A DNA stretch of 64,000 nucleotides from assembly GCA_963826885.1 (NCBI GenBank), contig CAWGYL010000009.1, positions 172,176-236,175 of the forward strand, read 5' to 3'. Numbering within the stretch: the first letter of the stretch is position 1; each line of letters begins with the position of its first letter. A model generated the notes under the pieces. That model was not told where the DNA came from. It saw only the letters and a program-made list of their open reading frames with translations, and made no database searches. The translations under genes and the position numbers were made by a program. This document shows, piece by piece, positions 1 to 9,368 of this stretch. The DNA is from Nitrospirota bacterium. GTDB lineage: Bacteria; Nitrospirota; UBA9217.

Positions 1-6
1 TTTTGG

Positions 7-30
7 ATGATTTCATTATAATGAAATCAT
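7..30. promoter_or_regulatory. Perfect 24-bp palindrome ATGATTTCATTATAATGAAATCAT (operator- or res-site-like)
   Basis: Sequence is its own reverse complement; a second imperfect palindrome GTGAA-AATATA-TTCAC follows at 41-56. Function inferred only. Confidence 0.45.
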
Positions 31-250
31 GTTCGATAAAGTGAAAATATATTCACTAAAAGAATGCGCCTTGGGCCGTATACTCGTCGAGACGACCCAC
101 CAGAAGGTCCTTGCTGTTTCTGGCCGATCCTGCGCGGCATCTATAGGGCTCCGAGACATCTAATAAGGTCTGGGTTAGCATAGGCCAGACAAGCAAAATT
201 CTTAACGATCTGCTACGGCTGGCCGTGGTCTTATTTGTTTCCGTTTGTTA

Positions 251-355
251 GGACTTAATTGTCCATGCCCATCCCATCGGATGCTAGTTTTGTAAGGACT
301 TAATTGTTTAACAACGACTTAATTGTATTAGCAAGGACTTAATTGTTTCCTGACA
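251..355 (-). mobile_element. Probable transposon end (Tn7/Tn5053/Mu-like): terminal TGT plus four transposase-binding-type repeats
   Basis: (G/C)GACTTAATTGT occurs at 251, 296, 315 and 335 (spacing 45, 19, 20 bp). On the minus strand the array begins 5'-TGTCAGGAA-ACAATTAAGTCC at 355. Confidence 0.6.
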
Positions 356-424
356 ATAGTGCAAAGGTCGTTGCCTCAATATTTCTTCTTTTTCATTTTC
401 CTCGGAAATGTTATAGTTCCCCCC

Positions 425-1675
425 ATGTTCGGATCGAAAACCTCGCGCCTCCCCTTCCACTACGGCTGGGTGATCGTCGTCACCGGCACGCTTTGCATCA
501 TGGCCTGTCTCGGGTTTGGCCGTTTTGCGCTCGGGATGCTGCTTCCCTCCATGGCGGCATCACTCAAGCTTTCCTATTCCCAGATTGGCTTCATCAGCAC
601 CTGCAATTTCATCGGCTATCTTCTGTCGGTACTTTTCTGCGGCCATATCGCGCGCAGGATCGGATCTAGACGCTTGATCGTCATTGCGCTTGTCATCATC
701 GCGGCTTCCATGGCGCTCATCAGCCGTTCAACGAGCTTCACCGGCGTTCTGCTCCTCTACCTGATCACCGGCATGGGCAGCGGGGCTGCGAACGTGCCGG
801 TCATGGGTCTCATCACAGCATGGTTCGACCGGTCTATCAGAGGCCGGGCTGCCGGATTCGTGGTTATCGGCAGCGGATTCGCCATCATTATTTCAGGGAA
901 GCTTATCCCCTTCGTGAACAGGCTTATGGGGCTTGATGGCTGGAGGGTCAACTGGCTTGTTCTTGCGGGAGCGGTAGCAATCATAGCAGGATTCGCTTTT
1001 TTATTTCTGCGGAATAAACCGCAGGACGTGGGATTATTTCCCTTTGGAGGCGATGGGAGCCAGGCAACGACGGTGTATCAGTCAGAAATGGACCGGAAAA
1101 GCATTTACAAAAACAAAACGCTCTATCTTCTTGGCGCGATCTATTTTCTCTTTGGATATACCTACGTGATATACGCGACCTTCATTGTGACGACGCTAGT
1201 CAAGGAGCGGGGCTTCTCGGAGGCAATCGCGGGTAACTTCTGGTCCTGGGTGGGGCTTTTGAGCCTTTTTTCCGGTCCTGTATTCGGAACGCTGTCGGAC
1301 CAGCTTGGAAGAAAAAAGGGGCTTATGATCGTGTTCTCACTCCAGACGCTCGCTTATCTTCTCGTCGCAGCAAAGCTGCCGCCATTGTTCCTCTATCTCT
1401 CCATCGGATTCTACGGCATCGTCGCCTGGTCCATCCCGTCGATCATGGTTGCGGCGGTGAGTGAATACGTGGGTGTGGATAGGGCGCTTGCCGCCTTCGG
1501 CTTCATAACCTTCATTTTCGGCCTCGGCCAAATCACGGGCCCTTCCATTGCCGGCATTATGGCCGAAAGAACCGGCAGTTTCTCCGGTAGCTTCTTCATG
1601 GCGGCGGTCTTTGCAGGCGCAGCGATCATGCTCACCGCGCTGCTAAAAAAACCGCACAACGCGTTATCACGCTGA
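425..1675 (+). CDS. MFS transporter (YbfB/YjiJ-like)
   Basis: About 12 hydrophobic segments; motif-A-like GHIARRIGSRR and GTLSDQLGRKK; N-terminal FHYGWVIV. ORF track starts at 359 (GTG); ATG at 425 preferred. Confidence 0.88.
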   Translation: MFGSKTSRLPFHYGWVIVVTGTLCIMACLGFGRFALGMLLPSMAASLKLSYSQIGFISTCNFIGYLLSVLFCGHIARRIGSRRLIVIALVIIAASMALISRSTSFTGVLLLYLITGMGSGAANVPVMGLITAWFDRSIRGRAAGFVVIGSGFAIIISGKLIPFVNRLMGLDGWRVNWLVLAGAVAIIAGFAFLFLRNKPQDVGLFPFGGDGSQATTVYQSEMDRKSIYKNKTLYLLGAIYFLFGYTYVIYATFIVTTLVKERGFSEAIAGNFWSWVGLLSLFSGPVFGTLSDQLGRKKGLMIVFSLQTLAYLLVAAKLPPLFLYLSIGFYGIVAWSIPSIMVAAVSEYVGVDRALAAFGFITFIFGLGQITGPSIAGIMAERTGSFSGSFFMAAVFAGAAIMLTALLKKPHNALSR

Positions 1676-2182
1676 TAAAAAAAGTGAGGCTCTTTTTTAT
1701 AGTTGGAGAGGGTTGCTGCTATCACCGAATAAAACTCATCTGGTTGCTTTGTAACCTGGACCTTATGTCCCCGCCCTGAAGAACAGGGGTTTTGCGGTAC
1801 GGGAAATTATATAAAAGTTATATAAGCGAATGTGTTGTGAATTAATTTGCATAAATTACATTTAATAAAGTAAAATAAAACGTCATCCTAAGTTCCAGAA
1901 AAGAAGCGAAATGCACAGGTAGTCGATGGGGGACTTATGAAGAAGGGGGAGCCGCAGAAAAGATTTGAACGGAAGTTGCCAGGGAGAGTGGCTCACATAG
2001 CAGCAGCGATTATTCGACAAGGAGACATACTTTTAGAAAAACCCATTTTCCCCTCGCCTTGCTAGCAAAGTCTGTGAAATGCGCGATCGGTAATTCTTCC
2101 TTTTTTCTGCAATCCAGAGATGCAGCCCGGTCAGCCAACTGCAAACAACAAATGGAGAAAACCGGTTTCTGCGGAGAAAACG

Positions 2183-3022
2183 ATGCCTCAAGCTACACAC
2201 ATTAGAATTTTTCTGTATATAGCGATTATGTTGCTTTTTGATCTACGCTCTGGGGCACAGCAAACTGTAGAAAAAAAAGTGCAATGGACAACTATTGCTG
2301 CCGGCGTTGAATACGCACAGTATCCTTTCGGCGAAATGCAGACAGGCCCTGACGTCCTCCACGTGGTTCGGATTAACCCTCGCCGCGCACGGCTCGTGGC
2401 ACTGAGCCGGACCAAGCAGGACCTCCGTAAGAGAACGGCTCAACAATGGTGCGAAGATTTCGGCCTTGTAGCCGTCATCAATGCGGGCATGTATGATGTT
2501 GATCTTGTAACCCACGTGGGATACATGAAAACGTCGGACACGGTGAATAACAAAAGGTGGAACAAAACCTATGAAAGTGTGTTGCTCCTCGACGGGACCG
2601 CTGCGCCACTTCCACCGGCAAAGATAATGGATCGCTCGGATCTCACGGAAAGAGTTCTTAAGTCGTTCGGTACCGTGATTCAGAACCTGCGTCTTATCAA
2701 GAACCCTGGCATCAATGTCTGGGAGCGGCAATCGAGAGCGTGGAGTGAGGCGGCAATCGCGGAAGACCGCAGCGGAAATATTCTCTTTCTCTTTTCAAGA
2801 ACGCCCTATACGATGTTTGAGTTTAACGAAAAACTTTTACAAACCGGCCTCAACGTAGTACGTGCCATGCATGTGGAAGGCGGTCCTGAAGCGAGCCTTT
2901 CTCTCTGTGCGGACACTAAAAAGCTTCACTTGGCGGGCAGGAGTGAAGCCACTTTACACGACCCCGGAGACGAGGACATGGTACAATTGGCCATCCCCAA
3001 TATCGTGGGCGTTAAGCGATAA
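2183..3022 (+). CDS. Exported phosphodiester glycosidase (NAGPA/DUF2233-like) family protein
   Basis: Signal-like N-terminus; INAGMYD, SEAAIAED and AMHVEGGPEAS motifs. GGAG RBS before ATG 2183 (ORF track start 2120). Confidence 0.7.
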   Translation: MPQATHIRIFLYIAIMLLFDLRSGAQQTVEKKVQWTTIAAGVEYAQYPFGEMQTGPDVLHVVRINPRRARLVALSRTKQDLRKRTAQQWCEDFGLVAVINAGMYDVDLVTHVGYMKTSDTVNNKRWNKTYESVLLLDGTAAPLPPAKIMDRSDLTERVLKSFGTVIQNLRLIKNPGINVWERQSRAWSEAAIAEDRSGNILFLFSRTPYTMFEFNEKLLQTGLNVVRAMHVEGGPEASLSLCADTKKLHLAGRSEATLHDPGDEDMVQLAIPNIVGVKR

Positions 3023-3491
3023 CTGATTGTGTTCTTTTTGTGTCTCTGTATTCAGACTTCGTTGGATTTCCTGTATAGATATGGCAAAATAAATAGCGGT
3101 AATAAAAATGCCATAATTGCGACAATGCACAACCACATTCGCACACGCTTCGATGATAGTGGGATGGCGCAAGAGGATAGACGCTGAACAACCAAGTGGA
3201 TATCATTAGCAGTTCATATCCAACCCGTTGAAATTCCGCGAAATTATTTACCCTTGCTCATACCCATAAAATACCCCCTCAAGGGTATTTACATCCTTTT
3301 ACAAAACGGTTATAGTATCATCTTAACATTCCGTATTTACAGGTGAATTTTACTTTGACCATATCTGGTATAGAGTGTTAATTTTTGCGTAACCTAATAT
3401 TCTGGTCGCGTGTTACTGGTCACGTGCATAACCACATCTGGGGATTTTCAACATCCTGATATCGAGGTATATCATCGTTCTTGAGTCATCC

Positions 3492-4520
3492 ATGAGAGAA
3501 TTGTCATTCCATACAGATAATAAATTATGCATAACCTCGTGGGAGCAGGAAATCGCAATATATTCCGGACGGCCGTCTTCACAGGCCATCGGGAATAAAT
3601 ATTACGATATCCTGCCAAGAATCATCGTGGATGATAAAGACGCTGTTGCTGAAGCAGTTAAAAAAAATAAGGCAATATCCTGTAAGGGTTATTCATTCAA
3701 TTGCTTGTTGGGTTGTACTAGAGCTGATATTGAAATTACGCCAGTAAAGCCCCGAGGCCGTAAAAAAGTTGAACTGGTAAAAGTCCTGATTCAGCCCTAC
3801 TCAGCATGCGCGGCGGAAAAAAAACTGCATCAATCGCAAAAGCTGATTGATATCGGCAAGGTAGCCTCCACTCTGGCTCATGGTGTACGAAACCCACTGA
3901 ATGCGATCAAGGGCGCCGTTGTTTACCTGAGAGAGAAATATCATTCCGAGGAGCCGCTTACTGAATTCACCAAGATCATGGAAGATGAGATTACGCGTCT
4001 TGAGAACTTTATCACAAATTTTCTGAGTTCTTCAGTTTCGGAAACAGAGCAGCGCGCAACAGACATCAATGCGTTATTGAAAAAGGTAGAAATATTCACC
4101 TCTCTCCAGATTTATACCCGCAATATTCAATCGCGGTTTGAGTTCGGCGAAATTCCTCCGATCACCATGAATTCCTTTCATATTGAGCAGGCAATTCTTA
4201 ACGTCATGAACAACGCGATCGAAGCAATGCAGGGCGGCGGAAAGCTGAGCATTAAAACCGACACTGCGATGCGCTCCAGCCATCCTTTTGTCGTCATTGC
4301 AATCTCCGATAGTGGCCCCGGGATGGATGCTCAGAATCTCGATGACATTATTCCGAGCAGCAATAGAGGTGGGAGGGGATTCGGGCTCTCCATCACCTAC
4401 GAAATTCTGAAGCATTACGGCGGTCACCTGGAGATTGACAGCAAAAAAAACGAAGGAACGACAATAACGCTATTCATTCCCGCCAGCAAGGCGTCAAAAA
4501 ATCTCAATGATAAACAGTAA
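3492..4520 (+). CDS. NtrB-like sensor histidine kinase (PAS-like + HisKA + HATPase), atypical H-box
   Basis: H-box LAHGVRNPLNAIKG, N-box NVMNNAIEAM, G1 ISDSGPGM, G2 GRGFGLSI. Confidence 0.88.
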   Translation: MRELSFHTDNKLCITSWEQEIAIYSGRPSSQAIGNKYYDILPRIIVDDKDAVAEAVKKNKAISCKGYSFNCLLGCTRADIEITPVKPRGRKKVELVKVLIQPYSACAAEKKLHQSQKLIDIGKVASTLAHGVRNPLNAIKGAVVYLREKYHSEEPLTEFTKIMEDEITRLENFITNFLSSSVSETEQRATDINALLKKVEIFTSLQIYTRNIQSRFEFGEIPPITMNSFHIEQAILNVMNNAIEAMQGGGKLSIKTDTAMRSSHPFVVIAISDSGPGMDAQNLDDIIPSSNRGGRGFGLSITYEILKHYGGHLEIDSKKNEGTTITLFIPASKASKNLNDKQ

Positions 4521-5844
4521 GACAATATTGATCGTAGACGACGAACCCAATGCTGTTAAAGTTCTCTCCGCAATATTACGGGAGGAGGGCTATCATATTC
4601 TCGAGTCGACGGATGTAGACAGCGCCGTTGGCATAGTCCGTAGAGAGAGCGTCGATGCAATCATCACTGACCTGAAGATGCCTGGTAAAGACGGCTTTGA
4701 GCTTTTTCAGCATGTGTCCGATAATAATCCCGACATTCCTGTTGTATTTCTGACAGCCTATGGCACAGTTGATTCCGCGGTAAATGCAATGAGGAGCGGA
4801 GCGTTCTATTATTTCATCAAACCGCCTGATTATGCCAAATTAAAAGATGTCCTGACTCGCGCATTGGAGCAGCGCGACGTAAAAAAAGAATTTGAAAATC
4901 TGAAAAAACGCGCGGTCACCGAAAATAATGTATACCCTCTTATCGGGAAATCCGTTCCGATGGCGGGAGTTCTTAAAACCGTTGCCTCAGCCAAAGATAC
5001 GGATAGCAGTGTTCTTATCCAAGGCGAGACCGGTACCGGCAAGGAAATTGTGGCTTGCAATCTCCACTACGGCGGTAAACGCTATAACAAACCCTTCATT
5101 GCCGTTAACTGCGCGGCCATTCCCAAAGAACTCATGGAATCAGAGCTTTTCGGTTACGAGAAAGGAGCATTTACCGGCGCCGCGTCCACTAAGGCAGGTA
5201 AATTTGAGATGGCGGAGAATGGGACGATATTCCTCGATGAAATCGGCGAAATCGATCTTTCAGTTCAGGCGAAATTGCTACGTGTGTTGCAAGAGCGTGA
5301 AATAGAACGCCTGGGAACAAACAAAAAAATCAAAGTAAACTTCCGACTGCTTTCCTCGACAAACCGAGATCTTAAAAGAGAAGTCGAGTCAGGCCGCTTC
5401 AGAGAGGATCTGTATTACAGGATCAACGTAATACAGATAGATGTGCCACCCCTTCGAGACAGAAAGCAGGATATCCCTGTATTTGCAACGGAGTTTCTGA
5501 ACATTTTTGCGATACGTGAGAATAGGCCATTAATTCTATCCGATGAAGTCATGGAAGCTTTTTTAAAATATGACTGGCCGGGAAATGTTCGGCAGCTAAA
5601 AAATGTTATTGAACGCGCCGTGGTTCTTTCAGAAGGCCAGAAAATCACCCTCAAGGAGCTTCCCCGGGACTTCCCCATCCCGGCTAAGGATATGGTAAAT
5701 GAACAACCGATAAAATCGCTCAAAGATTTGGAGCAAATAGCTATTAATGAAGCATTACAGCGTTGCAATGGAAATAAATCTCAAGCGGCTAAGCAACTCG
5801 GAATTTCGCGGAAGACATTTTATAAGCGACTGAAGGAAATGTAG
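4507..5844 (+). CDS. Sigma-54-dependent response regulator (NtrC/AtoC family)
   Basis: Receiver domain (IVDDE, ITDLKMP); Walker A GETGTGKE; GAFTGA; FLDEIGE; FREDLYYR; WPGNVRQL; C-terminal Fis-type HTH. Confidence 0.95.
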   Translation: MINSKTILIVDDEPNAVKVLSAILREEGYHILESTDVDSAVGIVRRESVDAIITDLKMPGKDGFELFQHVSDNNPDIPVVFLTAYGTVDSAVNAMRSGAFYYFIKPPDYAKLKDVLTRALEQRDVKKEFENLKKRAVTENNVYPLIGKSVPMAGVLKTVASAKDTDSSVLIQGETGTGKEIVACNLHYGGKRYNKPFIAVNCAAIPKELMESELFGYEKGAFTGAASTKAGKFEMAENGTIFLDEIGEIDLSVQAKLLRVLQEREIERLGTNKKIKVNFRLLSSTNRDLKREVESGRFREDLYYRINVIQIDVPPLRDRKQDIPVFATEFLNIFAIRENRPLILSDEVMEAFLKYDWPGNVRQLKNVIERAVVLSEGQKITLKELPRDFPIPAKDMVNEQPIKSLKDLEQIAINEALQRCNGNKSQAAKQLGISRKTFYKRLKEM

Positions 5845-6063
5845 GGATTGACAATTGAGATGGATGATCCTGAGATTGTATAATATGTCACCTTCGCGGT
5901 AAAAGTGCTTAACATTTTTTTAATAGACACTCACTGCAATATGAGAATCACGGCAACCGGCGAACCGGTGAGACAACAGTCAAGGCATCAGCTTGTCTCC
6001 TTTTCCGTGTATTAGTCAGTCCTGAAAGCATGGCGTAGTTAATAAGCGCTGGAGCCATAAGAA

Positions 6064-7896
6064 ATGGATAAAATTGATCTATATAAAAAGAAATTTTTTG
6101 TTCTCCAGGAACTATCCCATGCCATTGTCCTTACTGACAATATAAACACGATCGCGAATACTTTTCTCGACGCAGCAATCAATTACTCTCATGCCGAAAG
6201 AGGCTCTCTAATGTTGTTGACCGATAGCAAGGAGCTCACGATTTTAGCAGCGCGGGGCCTCGATGCTAAGGTCATGGAAGGCTGCAGGGTGAAATTCGGG
6301 GACGAGATCGCCGGCATAATTGCCAAAAAAGGCCAACCAGTGTTGATAGAGGACATCGACCGTGATGGCGGCTTCAAAAGTCATCAACCAGACCGCTACA
6401 AGACGAAATCCTTTATTTCCTGTCCTATTATCAGCAAGAAAAAATTATTCGGGCTGCTCAATATAAACGACAAGAAAGACGGAACGCCCTTTACGATAGA
6501 CGAATTCGAGTTATTGAAAACACTGGCAAACCATTCCGCTATTTTTCTTGATAACGCCTTACTCATGGCAGAGCTGAAAGCAAAGGCGGCGGAGCTGGAA
6601 GACATCAACAAAAAACTGGTGGAAACCGATATCCTAAAAACTGAATTTCTCACCCGGGTTTCACATGAACTGCGTACACCATTGAACTCACTCAAGGGTG
6701 CAATATATTTTTTAGAACAGACGGAAAATATCGGGGAAAAAGATCAAAAGGAATTTCAGGGCATTATTTCATTGGAAATCGACAAGTTGGTTTCCATTGT
6801 AGAGAACCTTCTGGGCTTTCTCAGGCTTGAAGATGAAACGATGCACATCAAAAAAACTGTTTTGAATCTCAGTGATATATTTAGAGAACTTCAAAACTCA
6901 AAGTCGCTCTCAGCCGTCCTGTCGCGCAAAGGGGTCCGCCTGGCGCTTGAATCCGATAACACCCGCTTGGATGTTGTAGGCGATAAAATCAAGGTCGGCC
7001 AACTTTTTGCCAATCTTATCGATGGACTCTGTTATTATCTCGATCGTGGCGACCGCATTGAGATTGTTGCTAGTGAAGCAAACAATGTAAATGTCAGCAT
7101 TGTTCTGGCCAAACCGCTTCCGGATTATGCTCTTTCCATCCTCAATGATGCCCGTTTTGTATTCGAGATGGACCACTCAGAAGACCGGCTAAAGCTTTAC
7201 CTTGCCAAAAATATTGTTGAAACGCATAGATGGAGGCTTTCCGCTGAGAACGTTGACGGCGCTTGCCGGATAACCCTGTCTATTCCGAAAAGCACCAAAC
7301 AGACAATCGATACCTACATCGCGCAGAGTATGGACTCATTTGTCGAGTTCATATCGGAACTGCTCGATTTAGATATCTGTTCCGTCATGCTCGCTGATGA
7401 GCTCTCCAGTGAGCTTACGGTAAAAAGCGCAATTGGCCTGGATGATGACGTTGTCAAGAAAACGCGGATAAAATTAGGAGATAAGATTGCTGGATGGGTG
7501 GCACTCGAAGGAAAACCTTTGTTCATCGAGGACATTGAAAGGGATGAGCGGTTCTCGAAAGTTAGCATATCGCAGTATACGACCAAATCACTGCTTTCGC
7601 TGCCGCTCAAGATCGGGGATCGGGTGGTAGGTGTACTAAACCTGAATAACAAAAAGACGTCTGAGCCTTTTAGCCAGCATGACTACAGCACTGCGACCTT
7701 TTTGAGTGAAATAATTTCGCAGTTTATAAGTACCCTTTATTCAGAAAATTACAGCCAGGAAAAGCTTCGCCGTTTATTCCGTTATTTAAACGAAACGCTT
7801 GCTAACGAACCAGTCAGTCGGGCCAAAACGAACCTCCTGACTGCACTAACGGGCAAGCTCCTCAAAAATTCTCCGTCTTTGAAAAAAGCTAAATAG
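6064..7896 (+). CDS. GAF-HisKA-(degenerate HATPase)-GAF sensor protein
   Basis: Two GAF domains (KSFISCPII...GLLNINDKK; KSLLSLPL...GVLNLNNKK); intact H-box SHELRTPL; N, G1 and G2 boxes not recognisable. Confidence 0.82.
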   Translation: MDKIDLYKKKFFVLQELSHAIVLTDNINTIANTFLDAAINYSHAERGSLMLLTDSKELTILAARGLDAKVMEGCRVKFGDEIAGIIAKKGQPVLIEDIDRDGGFKSHQPDRYKTKSFISCPIISKKKLFGLLNINDKKDGTPFTIDEFELLKTLANHSAIFLDNALLMAELKAKAAELEDINKKLVETDILKTEFLTRVSHELRTPLNSLKGAIYFLEQTENIGEKDQKEFQGIISLEIDKLVSIVENLLGFLRLEDETMHIKKTVLNLSDIFRELQNSKSLSAVLSRKGVRLALESDNTRLDVVGDKIKVGQLFANLIDGLCYYLDRGDRIEIVASEANNVNVSIVLAKPLPDYALSILNDARFVFEMDHSEDRLKLYLAKNIVETHRWRLSAENVDGACRITLSIPKSTKQTIDTYIAQSMDSFVEFISELLDLDICSVMLADELSSELTVKSAIGLDDDVVKKTRIKLGDKIAGWVALEGKPLFIEDIERDERFSKVSISQYTTKSLLSLPLKIGDRVVGVLNLNNKKTSEPFSQHDYSTATFLSEIISQFISTLYSENYSQEKLRRLFRYLNETLANEPVSRAKTNLLTALTGKLLKNSPSLKKAK

Positions 7897-8093
7897 AAAA
7901 CTGGCCCTATCCATATAGAACTCCATGAAGTGTAGTGAAATTTACTCATGGCGTTTCGAATTCGAATATTATAGCTATTTTGTGCTGACAATATATACGA
8001 ATACGTTATATGATAAGTTAGAAGCGTGTATGATTGTGCTCTTGGAAAATAACAAGTTCGTTTTCTTGCAAATGCCCACAGTAATGCTTGTTG

Positions 8094-8822
8094 TTAAAGC
8101 TGAATCGACTCAAACTCTGGCTTAAGAAGGATGTATTTATTCTTGAGTATCTTTACTTCGCCGCTTTTCTGCCATCTATCTAATATTCTTGTAACTGTTT
8201 CGCGCGAGAGTCCAGTCATAGCAGCGATATTCTGATGAACAAGTTTTAACTTTAAAACCGTACCTTCACTAACCCTTTCCCCATAAGATTCTGAAAGCAT
8301 GAGGAACAACATCTTTATACGTTGAGAAGCATTGTTAAAATTTAATATTTGAATTTTTTTCATGGCGTCACGCAGCCGCGAACAAAGGATCTTAAGAAGT
8401 CTTTCAAGAACTTTATTCTGACTGAGTAACAAGGAAAAAAAATCTTCTTTCGATATTATAGCGGTGACACAATTCCTTGCCGCGTATACTGCGGCAGGTG
8501 CGGTTTTACCATCAATCAAAGAAAGCTCTCCAAAGAAATCACCCGCTTGATGCACCGTCACGATAATTTCTTTGCCTTCGTCCGTTGTTTGTACCACCCT
8601 CACCTCTCCATCAAGAATCATGTACATAAACTGATTTGTTTGTTCTTCACGCAGGATCGTTTGATTTTTGGAGAAACTCTTGATGATAATCTTATCTCGT
8701 ATTTCCTGCAGTTCATTGAGCGTCATGGAAGAAAAAAGATCTATTTTCTTCAATGCGTTTGTCTTGTCATCGACCTTTATAGCACTTCTCGCTATGACTT
8801 TAGATTTTGTCACTTTGCTCAT
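8094..8822 (-). CDS. Crp/Fnr family transcriptional regulator
   Basis: cNMP-binding beta-barrel (FFGELSL); C-terminal HTH LVHQNIAAMTGLSRETVTRIL. Confidence 0.93.
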   Translation of the reverse strand: MSKVTKSKVIARSAIKVDDKTNALKKIDLFSSMTLNELQEIRDKIIIKSFSKNQTILREEQTNQFMYMILDGEVRVVQTTDEGKEIIVTVHQAGDFFGELSLIDGKTAPAAVYAARNCVTAIISKEDFFSLLLSQNKVLERLLKILCSRLRDAMKKIQILNFNNASQRIKMLFLMLSESYGERVSEGTVLKLKLVHQNIAAMTGLSRETVTRILDRWQKSGEVKILKNKYILLKPEFESIQL

Positions 8823-9368
8823 ATAAGTTACGATAATTGAAACAGATGCAATATTGCAAACAATTGTTTTAAATATAACAGAGCTATGTCCCCCGGCCTT
8901 TGCGTTAATTAGTAATACAGTAAATATACCCTGAGACCACGTTCTTTTATGGAGAGCAAATTCAATCGTGAAATTCGATGCTTAGATAAGCAGAAAAAAA
9001 CTGCTGTTCTAATTGGCTAATTCAAAACGCTATATTCATCTTGCCTAAGCAGAGGGTAATCTTATAGCCAAAATGCATTGGGAATGCAAAAGGCACTCCG
9101 CAATCGCCTGGGGCTCGATCAGGATAACGGCACGATATCTTGAGAGCTTAGTTACCTGTCATACTTTCCCTTGATCACCGGGATACCACTACTGTGAGCA
9201 ATTTATCACCCAGGTCTGCCCACAACCACCGAAACAGCATATCAAGAGCAAAACGAACGCTGTGCACCTGAGCAATGGCACTGTAAAATTAAATCGGCAT
9301 CGAGAACCGGTGTCGCAATAATTAATTATATTGCTACTACGAACGAAAAAATATCTCTCGCATATTTT

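Noticed and set aside
1769-1793. CCCCGCCCTGAAGAACAGGGGTTT hairpin resembling IS200/IS605-family subterminal palindromes
   Set aside because: Single, imperfect copy with no tnpA/tnpB trace nearby; could be an ordinary terminator.
1937-2065. 42-codon ORF containing HIAAAIIRQGDILL, reminiscent of a Nudix N-terminus
   Set aside because: Too short and no Nudix box; similarity may be chance.
8885-8935. Minus-strand GGGTATA...AACGCAAAGGCC resembling a c-di-GMP-I riboswitch upstream of the Crp gene
   Set aside because: I could not form the P2 stem or GNRA loop; not supportable without an Infernal search.
9190-9290. Minus-strand stretch with a lipobox-like LLLICCFGGCG
   Set aside because: No convincing start or RBS, and a stop follows about 10 codons later.
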